From contig CAKZYZ010000354.1 in assembly GCA_937885075.1 (NCBI GenBank), positions 1 through 47,775 on the forward strand: a stretch of 47,775 nucleotides of DNA, given 5' to 3'. Position numbers and translations under genes: made by a program. The stretch's first letter is position 1; each line of letters begins with the position of its first letter. Below the pieces are notes generated by a model. That model saw only the letters and a list, made by a program, of their open reading frames with translations, was not told the origin of the DNA and did no database searches. Shown piece after piece: positions 18,327-28,086 of this stretch. The DNA is from an uncultured bacterium. Its GTDB lineage: Bacteria; Auribacterota; Erginobacteria; Erginobacterales; Erginobacteraceae.

Positions 18327-20354
18327 TTACTCTTTATAGTAGGCCTGGTAATAATAATAATAATTCTGCCCCCGGTGGATATCGGCGCCGTTCAGGATAA
18401 TGCCGATAAAGCGTGCGTTGGCCTGCTCCAATTTCTCCCGGCAGAAAGCAGCTATCTTTCCACTGGTTTTGCCGGCCCGCAGCACCATGATTACCCCATC
18501 GGCCAGTTGCCCCAGAATGGTAGCGTCGGTAACCGATAGAAGGGGAGGGGAATCCATGATAATCCTGTCCCAGCGGTCGCCGGCTTCAGTGAGAAATTCC
18601 CGGAATCGCCGGGAGTTAATCAGTTCCGAAGGGTTGGGGGGGATATGACCGCTGCCGATAATTTCCAAACCGGGAAATCCGGATGGTTGAACGACTTCAT
18701 CGATTGTGTTTCTCCCCGAGAGGAGTTCGCTCAATCCTTTCGCCCCCCTATCCAATCCAAAGATCTTTTCGATCCGGGGTTTACGCATATCGCTATCGAT
18801 CAATAGAACTCTCTCTTCTCCATGTGCCAGGATCAGAGACAACATGGTTGAGACTTCGGTCTTCCCCTCCTGAGGCAGCGAACTGGTTACCAGGATAATC
18901 CGGGGCGATCTATCGGGAGAGGAGAAGTAGATTCCGGTCCTTATCGTTCGATAGGCTTCCGGGATTAACCCCAGCGGGTGTTTCATAATCTCCAGAGGTG
19001 TAGTTTGGGAGCTGATATTAACCTGAGAATAGAGAGGAATGGCACCCAGGAATGGAATTTTTAGAATCTTCTTCGCTTCAAGAGAAGTCTTGATGGTGTT
19101 ATCTATATTCTCCAGCAGGAAGATGGCGCCGATGCCCCCAACGGTTCCAATAACCAGAGAGAGCATCAGGTTAAATAATTTTCTGGGTTTAAACGGTGCC
19201 CTCGGCACTTCCGCGTAATCAACTATTCTGATGTTCGTTATCTCAATATCCTTAGTCATGCTGGTCTCATTAACCCGGGAAAGCAGAGCCTGTTGTCCCT
19301 CACTCCTGATCAGCACTTTTGTTTTGAGATCCTCCAGCGCCGCCTCTTTCCTCTCCATATTGAAGGCTAATGTCTTCTGTTTCTCCAGCTGGGATAAAAG
19401 TTCCGCCTCATTGGCCTGAGCCATTTCATATTCGGTATGGAGACCCTGAATAATTTTTTCTATCTCTTCTTTTAGATTGGAGCGTACATTTTTTATCTCG
19501 GCTTGCAGTTGGAGTGTTCGGGGGTGCCTGGCCTTATACCTCTGAGAATTCTCCGCGAGATCAGCCTGAAGCTGGATCAGGCGATTTTTCAACTGCATGA
19601 TGATAGAGTGATAGCGGATCTGGGGGAAGGTCTCCAACGATAAATTCTGAGCCGAATACTTCTTCAGATATTTTAGCTGAAGTTCTTTTTCTTCTCTTTC
19701 TCGCTTGACATTAGAGTAAGATTCCGAGAGCCGATCCAGTTCATCCCGGACATCTTCCAGGGATATTATTCGCTCACGTTCCTTGTAGTCTATCAGCTCT
19801 TTCCGGGCTTTTTTTACTATTTCATTCTGAGAATCGAGTTGTTTGGTCAATTGAGAGAGAGCGGTTTGAATCGCTTTCAATTTTGACTCTATGGCCAGGC
19901 GGATGAACTGGTCTATCCATAAATTTGCCACCACCGCCGTCAGTTCAGGATTATCTCCTACTATCTTGATATCAACCAGCTGGCTCTGAGCGATCGGTTT
20001 AATAGATACCATACCGAGAAGCCTGGATATGCTCAATCCGGAGGCTGCTTCAGCAGGGAGATTTTCCAGTACTTTTTTGGCCAGAGATCGTGATTTTAAA
20101 ATTTTATATTGAGTATTGTAATAATCAAGTTGTTTGCCGGAGATGGAATAAAGCTCTTTAAATGGGACTATCCGGGGCATCCGGGGTTCAATATTTACTC
20201 TCGTGGTAGCCTGATAGAGGGGAGTCGCGGTAAAATTCGCGATGGCTACCACTGTGAAGATAATCACTACGGTAGCGATTAAGACCCATCTTCTTCGGGA
20301 GATAATATAAAGCTTCTCTCTCAGGTTGAATTCAACTGATTTAGATGGGGTCAT
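18327..20354 (-). CDS. wzc: Polysaccharide co-polymerase / tyrosine autokinase (Wzc/GumC)
   Basis: N-terminal TM, long coiled coil, second TM, EAYRTIRT, Walker A SSLPQEGKT, LLIDSDMRKP, DSPP, C-terminal YYYYYQAYY cluster. Confidence 0.93.
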   Translation of the reverse strand: MTPSKSVEFNLREKLYIISRRRWVLIATVVIIFTVVAIANFTATPLYQATTRVNIEPRMPRIVPFKELYSISGKQLDYYNTQYKILKSRSLAKKVLENLPAEAASGLSISRLLGMVSIKPIAQSQLVDIKIVGDNPELTAVVANLWIDQFIRLAIESKLKAIQTALSQLTKQLDSQNEIVKKARKELIDYKERERIISLEDVRDELDRLSESYSNVKREREEKELQLKYLKKYSAQNLSLETFPQIRYHSIIMQLKNRLIQLQADLAENSQRYKARHPRTLQLQAEIKNVRSNLKEEIEKIIQGLHTEYEMAQANEAELLSQLEKQKTLAFNMERKEAALEDLKTKVLIRSEGQQALLSRVNETSMTKDIEITNIRIVDYAEVPRAPFKPRKLFNLMLSLVIGTVGGIGAIFLLENIDNTIKTSLEAKKILKIPFLGAIPLYSQVNISSQTTPLEIMKHPLGLIPEAYRTIRTGIYFSSPDRSPRIILVTSSLPQEGKTEVSTMLSLILAHGEERVLLIDSDMRKPRIEKIFGLDRGAKGLSELLSGRNTIDEVVQPSGFPGLEIIGSGHIPPNPSELINSRRFREFLTEAGDRWDRIIMDSPPLLSVTDATILGQLADGVIMVLRAGKTSGKIAAFCREKLEQANARFIGIILNGADIHRGQNYYYYYQAYYKE

Positions 20355-20366
20355 CGGTGTCTCCGG

Positions 20367-21143
20367 TTAAAAGAAGCTCTCCGGGACCCAGATCAGGTCC
20401 CTTGGTTTCAGGGGGATATCCTTGGAAAGGTCTCCGTCTCCCAGGATATCTTTGAGCGGGATAGAAATAGTTTTTTCTCCCCCGTTCAATTTTCGGATCA
20501 CAGTTGTACCGTTGGGACTGGCGATCTTTGTCAGGCCACCCGCCAGGGCTATAGCCTGGGTTACGGTCAGACGCCCTTTGATCTCATAGCTTCCCGGTTT
20601 CTTTACCTGCCCCAGGATTGATATGGTACTGTATTCCTTGATCGTAATATTGACCGAGGGCGAGATCAGGTAGTCTTTCTCCAGCTGTTCTTCCAGCCTT
20701 TTCTCCAATTGAAACGGAGTGTATCCTATCGCCCTGACTTCTCCCAGCAGCGGAAAAGAGATCGATCCCTTCTCCGAAACCCGGACAATCTGGGATAGCT
20801 CATCTTCTCCCAGGACAGAGATATCGAGGACATCATTGGAGCTGATCAGGTAGTCCGAGTTTTCCACGCTCTCCCCGGCTGAATCTTCAAGTTGATCTGG
20901 AGAATTCTCTTCCGATCCTACTATTGCTTCTGGTCTACCGGTATGGTCCGAGGCGGCAGGGGTATCTTCAGCCGGAACACCCGGATGTGAATAAAAGAGC
21001 TTTACTTCAGCATCCGATTGGTCCTGGGTAATGGGTTCGGGGGTAGATCCGCACCCGGTTCCGAGGGCGATAGCGCCCAGCAGCATGATTGCCGCCGGGT
21101 ATAAAAAAAAAGAGCCGAATATTTCGGCTAAAGTTTCTTTCAT
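20367..21143 (-). CDS. wza: Polysaccharide export lipoprotein (Wza/GumB family, SLBB domain)
   Basis: Lipobox-like GTGC; DY.I...D.L.ISV, G.ISFPLLG, GQVKKPG.Y, AIALAGG, VPESFF. Confidence 0.9.
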   Translation of the reverse strand: MKETLAEIFGSFFLYPAAIMLLGAIALGTGCGSTPEPITQDQSDAEVKLFYSHPGVPAEDTPAASDHTGRPEAIVGSEENSPDQLEDSAGESVENSDYLISSNDVLDISVLGEDELSQIVRVSEKGSISFPLLGEVRAIGYTPFQLEKRLEEQLEKDYLISPSVNITIKEYSTISILGQVKKPGSYEIKGRLTVTQAIALAGGLTKIASPNGTTVIRKLNGGEKTISIPLKDILGDGDLSKDIPLKPRDLIWVPESFF

Positions 21144-21479
21144 GCGTCTATTATGCGTTATCTTCGTCTAGAAGCAATCTATTAATTGCCCGATTTGAAG
21201 TTTAGGAATATTTTTTCTGTTGCGACAATCCAATAATGCCAGTCTTCTCTCAAAAGAGCTTAGCAACCGCTATGCTCGGGCAACTTTTCCTCTAAGGAAA
21301 GCAGGAAATCAGGAGAATTAAAATCCTCTCTCCTCCTGCCTCCCTTAGGGGGTATTGAAATTATGCAATTTAATGCTCAGATTCGCTGGCGAGGCGAATC
21401 TTTTAACTTTAGGCACTTAAGCGCACTTTAGGCACTTTTAACTTAAGAACATTGCCCGAACGAAGTGAGGGCTAAGTTC

Positions 21480-22688
21480 TTAATATGTCGCCGAAAGTTC
21501 CAGAGTAACCCGGTTATTCTGATAATCCCCCCCGGTTCGATTGGAGTCGCGTGCTCTGTATTCATAGGCAAGCCGTGCCTGCAGCCAGGTCTGGATCTGG
21601 TATCTGATACCGATCTCCGGTCTCCAGACATCATCCCTCCGCTTGCTGCCATCGAGAGTAGAAGTTTTGGGGTACCGGTAGTTATTGTATTGTATCTGGA
21701 TATATCCGCGGATCTTATGTGCCAACTGCTGGCTATATGCCAGCCAGCCCCGGTTGAGGAGATAGTAGCTGTTCTCACCGAATGTTGATTCCCGGGTAGT
21801 TCTCTCCCAACCTCCCCTCAGGTTGCTGTTACGGGTGATAGCGTACTCCAGTGTGGCAAAGCCGACTATACCGGTATAGTCGTCCCATACCGAGTCATCA
21901 TCGTACCGGCGATCCTGATAGCCAACTTTGGTCGTCGCGGTCAGCTTACCAGTAAGTTCTCCTTTAAGGCCGGCCCGAAGCTCGTTGTAATAACCGTCCC
22001 GATTCCAATCCTGGCTATAGATGATTCGATCGTAGGTATATTCCAGCAGGACCTTGGTCTTGGGGGCGATCCGGTAGAAGCCGGTGAGAATTCCAAAGTG
22101 TTCCTGGTGGTCATAGGGCCGGTAGATATCATCCTTGTAATCCTGTAAGAAATGTTTGTATTTCCCCTGAAGTTCAAAAGCGTTGGCTGAGTAGAGCAGA
22201 GCTGCCGAGGCGGTATTTTCAATGCGTTTTACCCGGTCCTGGAAATCGGTATTTTCCCGGGAAGAAGTATCGAGAAAGAGTTCCTCTATCTTCAGGGAAA
22301 ACGAGGAGGCTCTCAGATTTAGCATTCCTTTCAGCCGGTAATCCTGATGGTTTTGAGATGGGTGGTCTTTAAAGTAATGGAGAGAAGCGAGGAAATCCAG
22401 CATGAAGACATTATCATCCCAGGGAAATTCCAGAAAGACCCCCGGCATAATAATCCCGATAAGATCATCCTCCTTGCCTTTTTCGGTCAGAAAGATGTTG
22501 TCATCGTACTGCCCCTTCAGCTTGAGAATGGGATGAATAACCAGATTGCCCTGGGTAATACCGGTCCCCGGGGCCCCAACCTCCAGCCCGGCCGCGGTAT
22601 TCATCCCCGACAGCGAGATACTGAGGAAGAATACTATCCCCCAGAACCCGAGGGTAATGAATGGAGTTGTTTTTTTAGATTTTCTCAC
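21480..22688 (-). CDS. Exopolysaccharide-associated outer-membrane beta-barrel protein (BBP2/EpsL-like)
   Basis: Signal peptide, YDDNIF motif, alternating aromatic beta strands, RDSN...Y..NR C-terminus ending in Y; directly upstream of wza. Confidence 0.8.
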   Translation of the reverse strand: MRKSKKTTPFITLGFWGIVFFLSISLSGMNTAAGLEVGAPGTGITQGNLVIHPILKLKGQYDDNIFLTEKGKEDDLIGIIMPGVFLEFPWDDNVFMLDFLASLHYFKDHPSQNHQDYRLKGMLNLRASSFSLKIEELFLDTSSRENTDFQDRVKRIENTASAALLYSANAFELQGKYKHFLQDYKDDIYRPYDHQEHFGILTGFYRIAPKTKVLLEYTYDRIIYSQDWNRDGYYNELRAGLKGELTGKLTATTKVGYQDRRYDDDSVWDDYTGIVGFATLEYAITRNSNLRGGWERTTRESTFGENSYYLLNRGWLAYSQQLAHKIRGYIQIQYNNYRYPKTSTLDGSKRRDDVWRPEIGIRYQIQTWLQARLAYEYRARDSNRTGGDYQNNRVTLELSATY

Positions 22689-22696
22689 GGAAGGAA

Positions 22697-23308
22697 CTAT
22701 GGTTCAAACGGACTGGCGGGACTGATATCGCCCCCTTCCTCAATGGGTAGTTCCGGACCGATAGTATCTTCCATCGGTTCGAGCCAGGCCACATCCCCGG
22801 GAGTGAGGGTGATTCTTTCGTCCTCCCAGAGAACCACCAGGTCCCCTGAGATAACTTCAATCATTGTTCCCGGTGGCAGAATCGGAAGCGGTTCACCGGC
22901 TTTAACAAAGATGACAGTCCCATCGGGGAGAATAATTTTCAGCTCGCCGGTGAACTGGATAACCTTCTGGGCGGTTACCCCCGGTCTGGTAATCCGGGCT
23001 ATCTGGCCTGCCTTCAGAGTTATAATATTCCCCGAGAGAACCCCGGTACATTCTTCTGACAACACCTCGATCATGGTTTTTTCCGGCAGCTGAGGAATGT
23101 TATCTCCTACCTTTAGCTGCTGGACGTCCCCGGAGGGGAGGGTTATCTTGATGGCCCCGGTAAAATCTATGATCTTTTCAACGTCTATGACGCTGGCTTT
23201 TCCCTCCCCGGTCTTCTTGCAGCCCGTCATACTTCCGATGGTGGAGATGATCATTGCCATCACAATAAAGGCCATACCTACCGTTCTGACGGTGGTTCTT
23301 ATCTTCAT
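22697..23308 (-). CDS. Putative lipoprotein with two ~65-aa beta-rich repeats
   Basis: Signal peptide with MTGC; FTGAIKITLPSG...TMIEVLS and FTGELKIILPDG...TMIEVIS repeats; acidic Pro-rich tail ending SPASPFEP. Confidence 0.7.
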   Translation of the reverse strand: MKIRTTVRTVGMAFIVMAMIISTIGSMTGCKKTGEGKASVIDVEKIIDFTGAIKITLPSGDVQQLKVGDNIPQLPEKTMIEVLSEECTGVLSGNIITLKAGQIARITRPGVTAQKVIQFTGELKIILPDGTVIFVKAGEPLPILPPGTMIEVISGDLVVLWEDERITLTPGDVAWLEPMEDTIGPELPIEEGGDISPASPFEP

Positions 23309-23432
23309 AACATCTTCTCCTATGTTTGAGCTCCGGAGAGCATATTTAAATTTTGACAGAAAAATCCCACAAAATCCTACAATGATTAATAATGATTAAT
23401 GTAACCCTATTAAAGGAGGAAGTCAATAAAAA

Positions 23433-23477
23433 AACAGACAACAGACAACAGAAGACAGAAGACAGAAAACAGACAAT
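23433..23477. repeat. ACAGA(C/A) 7-mer run
   Basis: ACAGACAACAGACAACAGAAGACAGAAGACAGAAAACAGACAA just downstream of the 23511 stop. Confidence 0.7.
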
Positions 23478-23510
23478 CTGGCGCCGTTAGGGTCCGACCT
23501 GATACCCTGA

Positions 23511-25562
23511 TCAATGCCAGAGAAGATTCGCGGGGATCGGGCCTTCTTCCTCTCCCGGGGGGGCCCAGCGGACTTTCATGATCGCTCCCCAGGCGCTGTC
23601 GAAGTATTTTATCTTGATCCGGTGAAACCCCTGATCCAGCTTGATGGTATTGGATTCATATTTGATCCCGTGGGTTCCCCCGTTATTAACTACCAGCTGA
23701 TCGTCAATAAAGATCCAGGATCCATCATCCGATTCGGTGGCGAAGAGATATTGTCCGGTCCGCTCGATCTCTATCAGGCCCTCCCAGATGATGCTGAAGG
23801 GAGAGGTGATATTTAGTCCGGCTTTTTTCTCGTCCTCATTGTTGTAATAGAAGTCGAATTTACTCTCAGTCTTGACGAAGTTGGGCTTACCCACCGGGTT
23901 GATCTTCTTGAAGTACTTGGCTTTCAGACCCGGTTTCAGAGAAGCCTTGTCAACCTGAACCGGTTCGGTTCCTTTTATCTCCTCTTCCGGCTGCTTCCCT
24001 TTGTGGAGCCGGGTGTAGAGATAGAGGTCCAGTCCGGGCCGGACACTGTATAGTTCGGAATAGTAGGTATCTTTCAGAGTCTTTTCCAGCTCATCCTGGT
24101 TCTTGGTCCGACCCAGGACAATCGGAGCGTCGGAATCGTCGATAATCTTTCCCCAGTAACCGACGTGCTTATATTTTCTCAGATACCACTGGAGCGGCCA
24201 GTATTCATCGGAGACAATCTTGATCTCGGTATCGTAGCCCTGGGCCTTGCTATGAGCGTAATCCTCCAGCCGTTCCATCAGATCGTTGATGTCGCGACGG
24301 GTCTGGGAGTAGACAATCTGGTGGGAGTCATCGTCATATTCAATAAAATTTACCGTCCAGCTAATACCCGAGCCCCAGGCCAGGAGGACCACCGCGCCGA
24401 CCCCGGTCATGATTGATACCATGATCGTAGAACCCCGGACCGAACGGTAAACATTTTCTACAAAGAACCCGGCCAGCAGAGCCAGGGGGAGGATGAAATT
24501 CAGGGACAGCCAGGGGGTTTTATAGGGGACGGAGGAGTAGATGAAGAAGAGAATCACCGCCCAGAAGATGGTGAATACCGCGAAAGCGTTTCTTTTGATA
24601 AAAGCGTACCATCCTCCCAGTATCCCCAGAATAAAGATGGGGAGTTCATAATCCCGGAGGAGCCACCACCAGTACCAGAATGGTTTTTCGTGCCCGGCCC
24701 CCTTGGTCCCGGTCTTTTCCCAGATCAGAAGACTGTTGATCAGGTCGCTGGTGGTGCCCTTGGCGTTGGTAAAGAGAGAGGAGAAATAGACGGTAATGAT
24801 AAAGATGAAGACCAGCACCGCCAGCCAGACAAACTGGTAATGGGATTTCATCCAGTTCCCGATAGAAACTATGAGCTTTCGAGGAGCAAGTTCATTATTT
24901 TTTCGGGTGACCGAGAACCAGAAGTAGGTGCCGACCGCGGCCCAGAACCAGGCCGCCCCGGTCATGATGTAGGTTTCCTTGTTGGTGATCACCCAGGCCC
25001 AGCAGGCAGCCATCAGGATGAAATAGATCGGCTTCTTGGATTCCCAGAAACGGATCGCTCCGACAATTGTCCCCAGGGTGAAGAAAACCAGAAAAGTCTC
25101 GTGGATATTGGTTCGGGCGAAGAAGAGATTAGTGGGGGAGATCGCCAGAAGGAATCCCGCAGTTACCACCCCCACCCTTCCGATTTTTCTCCGCAGCGGC
25201 CAGAGCAGTCCGATTGTCAGAGAGCCGAAGAGGGCTACCATGCAGCGCAGCGAGAATATGCTCTCGTGGATGGAGAGCGGGATAATATCGGTAAAGAATA
25301 GAAAAGGGCCGTGATAGTTCTCCGGGTCGTATTTCCATCCGGTGGGAAAATCGGCTTTCAGGTTGAGTAAGAACCAGGAGTTTACTCCCTCGTCATGGTG
25401 GAGCGGTTTCAGTTCCAGGTCATAGAACCGCAAAAACGCACCCAGGCAGAAAGCCACCAGGAAGAGAATGGTGATAACATTCTTCGCCCGATTCCCCAGA
25501 ATGAAGACCGATCTGGTTGGGGGAGGGGGTTGTTTCTGTATTATTCGTTTCTTTTTTGTCAT
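23511..25562 (-). CDS. GT-C fold membrane protein (TIGR03663/Agl23-like) with C-terminal PA14 domain
   Basis: LHHDEG, YDP..YHGP, NKE, YKTPW, YWPL.WYLR motifs; PA14 signature F.TESDDGS.IFIDDQLVVNNGG.H. ATG 25562 preferred because the ATG at 25589 lies within the repeat. Confidence 0.85.
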   Translation of the reverse strand: MTKKKRIIQKQPPPPTRSVFILGNRAKNVITILFLVAFCLGAFLRFYDLELKPLHHDEGVNSWFLLNLKADFPTGWKYDPENYHGPFLFFTDIIPLSIHESIFSLRCMVALFGSLTIGLLWPLRRKIGRVGVVTAGFLLAISPTNLFFARTNIHETFLVFFTLGTIVGAIRFWESKKPIYFILMAACWAWVITNKETYIMTGAAWFWAAVGTYFWFSVTRKNNELAPRKLIVSIGNWMKSHYQFVWLAVLVFIFIITVYFSSLFTNAKGTTSDLINSLLIWEKTGTKGAGHEKPFWYWWWLLRDYELPIFILGILGGWYAFIKRNAFAVFTIFWAVILFFIYSSVPYKTPWLSLNFILPLALLAGFFVENVYRSVRGSTIMVSIMTGVGAVVLLAWGSGISWTVNFIEYDDDSHQIVYSQTRRDINDLMERLEDYAHSKAQGYDTEIKIVSDEYWPLQWYLRKYKHVGYWGKIIDDSDAPIVLGRTKNQDELEKTLKDTYYSELYSVRPGLDLYLYTRLHKGKQPEEEIKGTEPVQVDKASLKPGLKAKYFKKINPVGKPNFVKTESKFDFYYNNEDEKKAGLNITSPFSIIWEGLIEIERTGQYLFATESDDGSWIFIDDQLVVNNGGTHGIKYESNTIKLDQGFHRIKIKYFDSAWGAIMKVRWAPPGEEEGPIPANLLWH

Positions 25563-25667
25563 CAGGACTATTTGCCTCGCATTGGGCATTTTGACAGGAC
25601 CATTGCAGACAGGACTATTTGCTTCGCATTGGGCTTTTTGACAAGACCATTGCAGACAGGAATATTA
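25563..25667 (-). repeat. Downstream flanking array of the GxxExxY gene
   Basis: GACAGGACCATTGCAGACAGGACTATT units separated by GC(C/T)TCGCATTGGGC linkers; inverted relative to 26477-26627. Confidence 0.9.
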
Positions 25668-25676
25668 TTTACTTGT

Positions 25677-26474
25677 TTAAGGTCGGATTGTCCTCATTGT
25701 TAATTGTTGGCCTTTTAAGTTAATCCATTGCATAGCTTTTAGTGAAGTATTCACCAGAAAAAGTTGAAGTTGGTCTTTATATGACCTAATAGATTTTACC
25801 GAGGAGAGATGGACGGCAAGCTCTGGATTAAGGAGATTTACTTTTTGTGTTCCCAGAACAGTTCCTTTGTTTATTATCTCCACTTCTGCCGTAAATGCCT
25901 GCTCACCACCTCGAAAAAACTCGATAGCTTCACGATATAGAGCAATATCCAGGAACATACCCCAGTCGGAGATAAGACTGATTATAAATTCCCGCAACCA
26001 TATGCTATCTTGATCAATATCCTCCCAATCATCCTGATCTACTTTAAATCGCTCTCTATCCCGAGGAGTTAATGAAGTAGTTACAAATTCACTTTTCACA
26101 GAAGAAGTCCGCATACTCACCAGTTTCCCATATTGAAAATCGGTCAGGAAGAGATAATTCATAACCTGGCACCGGTGCTTAGAATTAAGAGACATCGTTG
26201 TCTTCAATTCATAAATAATGCGACGATTGATAATCAGGTCAATAAAGTATTTTTTAGAAAAATCCTGATACTTTACCTGAACCGGGACTTCCGCCTCAAC
26301 TTCCATCCCTGCTTCAATGCAGCGACTCATTATAGCTTCCTGATATATCTTTTCGTCAAAGAGTCGCCCCAGATCATTCTGAATAGAAAAAATAATCCCC
26401 ATTACATCATGATCAAGGTAATGATATTCATCCTTTGTCATTGCTTGAGGCTCAATTGAACAGTGAATAGTCAT
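25677..26474 (-). CDS. GxxExxY family PD-(D/E)XK nuclease-like protein with a degenerate second domain
   Basis: LGRLFDEKIY, EVPV.V.Y, IDLIIN..IIYELK, Q.MNYL, GKLV motifs; second half repeats the fold (WGMFLDIALY...QWINL) without the D/ExK residues; visibly more AT-rich than neighbours. Confidence 0.85.
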   Translation of the reverse strand: MTIHCSIEPQAMTKDEYHYLDHDVMGIIFSIQNDLGRLFDEKIYQEAIMSRCIEAGMEVEAEVPVQVKYQDFSKKYFIDLIINRRIIYELKTTMSLNSKHRCQVMNYLFLTDFQYGKLVSMRTSSVKSEFVTTSLTPRDRERFKVDQDDWEDIDQDSIWLREFIISLISDWGMFLDIALYREAIEFFRGGEQAFTAEVEIINKGTVLGTQKVNLLNPELAVHLSSVKSIRSYKDQLQLFLVNTSLKAMQWINLKGQQLTMRTIRP

Positions 26475-26476
26475 TT

Positions 26477-26627
26477 AATCGCCCTGTCTTCAAATCTTTT
26501 TGTCTTTTAATAGTCCTGTCTGCAATCGTCCTGTCTTCAAATCTTTTTGTTTTTTAATAGTCCTGTCTGCAATCGTCCTGTCTTTAAATCTTTTTGTCTT
26601 TACATAGTCCTGTCTTAAATCGTCTTG
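26477..26627 (-). repeat. Upstream flanking array of the GxxExxY gene (about three 47-bp tandem units)
   Basis: AATAGTCCTGTCTGCAATCGTCCTGTCTTCAAATCTTTTTGTC units fill the gap from the radical SAM stop to the nuclease start. Confidence 0.9.
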
Positions 26628-26629
26628 CA

Positions 26630-28054
26630 TTAATCCCGCTTCTTCATCCCGAATACTTTCAGTCCTGCTTTCGTTTTTCGTTTAAATTCGCCCCAGGACC
26701 GGACCTTGAGCATTTTTCTGATAATATAAGAAGGGCGAGTATAGAACTTCTTATAGGCGAAGATCAACAATTCTTGCAGTTCCCGGTCGGAAAAATTTTC
26801 ATTCCAATAAGGTGGATTAAAATCCGGGGTAGGATTTTTCGCGAACTCCCGCCAGTGATCTTTAGTGAAGACCCCTTCTTTCAATCCCCGGGTGTAGATC
26901 TCGGTGGCGGGGAAAGGACAGAGAATGGTAATGTGGACAAAATCCGGCTTTAATTCCAGCGAGAAATCTATGGTCCGCATGATATCCTCCCGGGTCTCAG
27001 AGGGAGAACCGATCATGAAATATGCCAGGGTCTCGATCCCCAGTTTCTTTGTCATCGCGACCGTCTCTTTGACCTGATCCAGTGTGATCCCTTTATTCAG
27101 AACTTTAAGTATCTTCTCCGTCCCCGCTTCCACCCCGTAATGAATCCGTTCGCAGTTCGCTTCTTTCAGTCTTTGGAGCAGTTCCTCATCCACGCAGTCA
27201 ACTCGGGCCCGGATATCCCATCCGATATCCAGTTTTCTTTTGATGATCTCATCGCAGACCGCCATAGCCCTCTCCCGATTGACGGTAAAAGTATCATCGT
27301 AGATCAAGAACTCCCGAATTCCGATCTCCACGCACTCCTCCATCTCGTCGACCACATTTTTCGCCGAGCGATAGCGGAACTGTTTTCCCAGATGGGGTCG
27401 GGCGCAGAAGGAGCAGCGAAATGGGCAGCCCCGGCTGGTGAACATGGTGGTAATCGGCTGCCGTTTGGCCATTACCGAGCTATACTTCCGGTAGGGAGAA
27501 AGCCGGCGGGCGGGGAAAGAGAGACTGTCCAGGTCCCCGCATAAGGGCGGAATGGGGTTCCTCCGGATTTCGTTATTATCAAGATAGGTCAGACCGGGGA
27601 CTTTATCCAGGGGGAGATTCCCTTCCAGTTGGTCGAGCAGTATAGCAAAGCTCTCTTCTCCCTCGCCGCTGATAACATAGTCGATATCCGGGAGGTTTAT
27701 GGTCTCGACCGGATAGAGAAAGGCGTGTACACCTCCCACGACTATGGGGATATCCGGAGATATCTCTTTAGCCAGGCGTGCGGTCTTCAGTACATCGAGG
27801 ATGGTGAAGGTCATGGCGGTCAGACCGATCAGGTCGGGTTGAGTGGTCCTGATCCGTTCTTTCAGATCGGAGTAGGAGAGTTCCTCCACCTGAGCGTCAA
27901 TAACCTCGACCCGGTGAGAGGAATGATCCTGGAGAAACCCGGCCAGATAGAGGAGTCCCAGGGGAGGGTTGTAGCCCCGGGCTTCGTCGATCAGGGCCGG
28001 GTTATTCCCGACCAGTTCATTCTCCCGGGGGGGGTTGATTAAAAGGACTTTCAT
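26630..28054 (-). CDS. B12-binding domain radical SAM protein (class B methyltransferase-like)
   Basis: PPLGLLYLA, VVGGVHA, GEGE, TSRGCPFRCSFC (CxxxCxxC), DDTF, YGVEAG, FMIGSPSET. Confidence 0.92.
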   Translation of the reverse strand: MKVLLINPPRENELVGNNPALIDEARGYNPPLGLLYLAGFLQDHSSHRVEVIDAQVEELSYSDLKERIRTTQPDLIGLTAMTFTILDVLKTARLAKEISPDIPIVVGGVHAFLYPVETINLPDIDYVISGEGEESFAILLDQLEGNLPLDKVPGLTYLDNNEIRRNPIPPLCGDLDSLSFPARRLSPYRKYSSVMAKRQPITTMFTSRGCPFRCSFCARPHLGKQFRYRSAKNVVDEMEECVEIGIREFLIYDDTFTVNRERAMAVCDEIIKRKLDIGWDIRARVDCVDEELLQRLKEANCERIHYGVEAGTEKILKVLNKGITLDQVKETVAMTKKLGIETLAYFMIGSPSETREDIMRTIDFSLELKPDFVHITILCPFPATEIYTRGLKEGVFTKDHWREFAKNPTPDFNPPYWNENFSDRELQELLIFAYKKFYTRPSYIIRKMLKVRSWGEFKRKTKAGLKVFGMKKRD

Positions 28055-28086
28055 CGAAGGCTCGCAGTCATTTTATCTGGGTTAAA

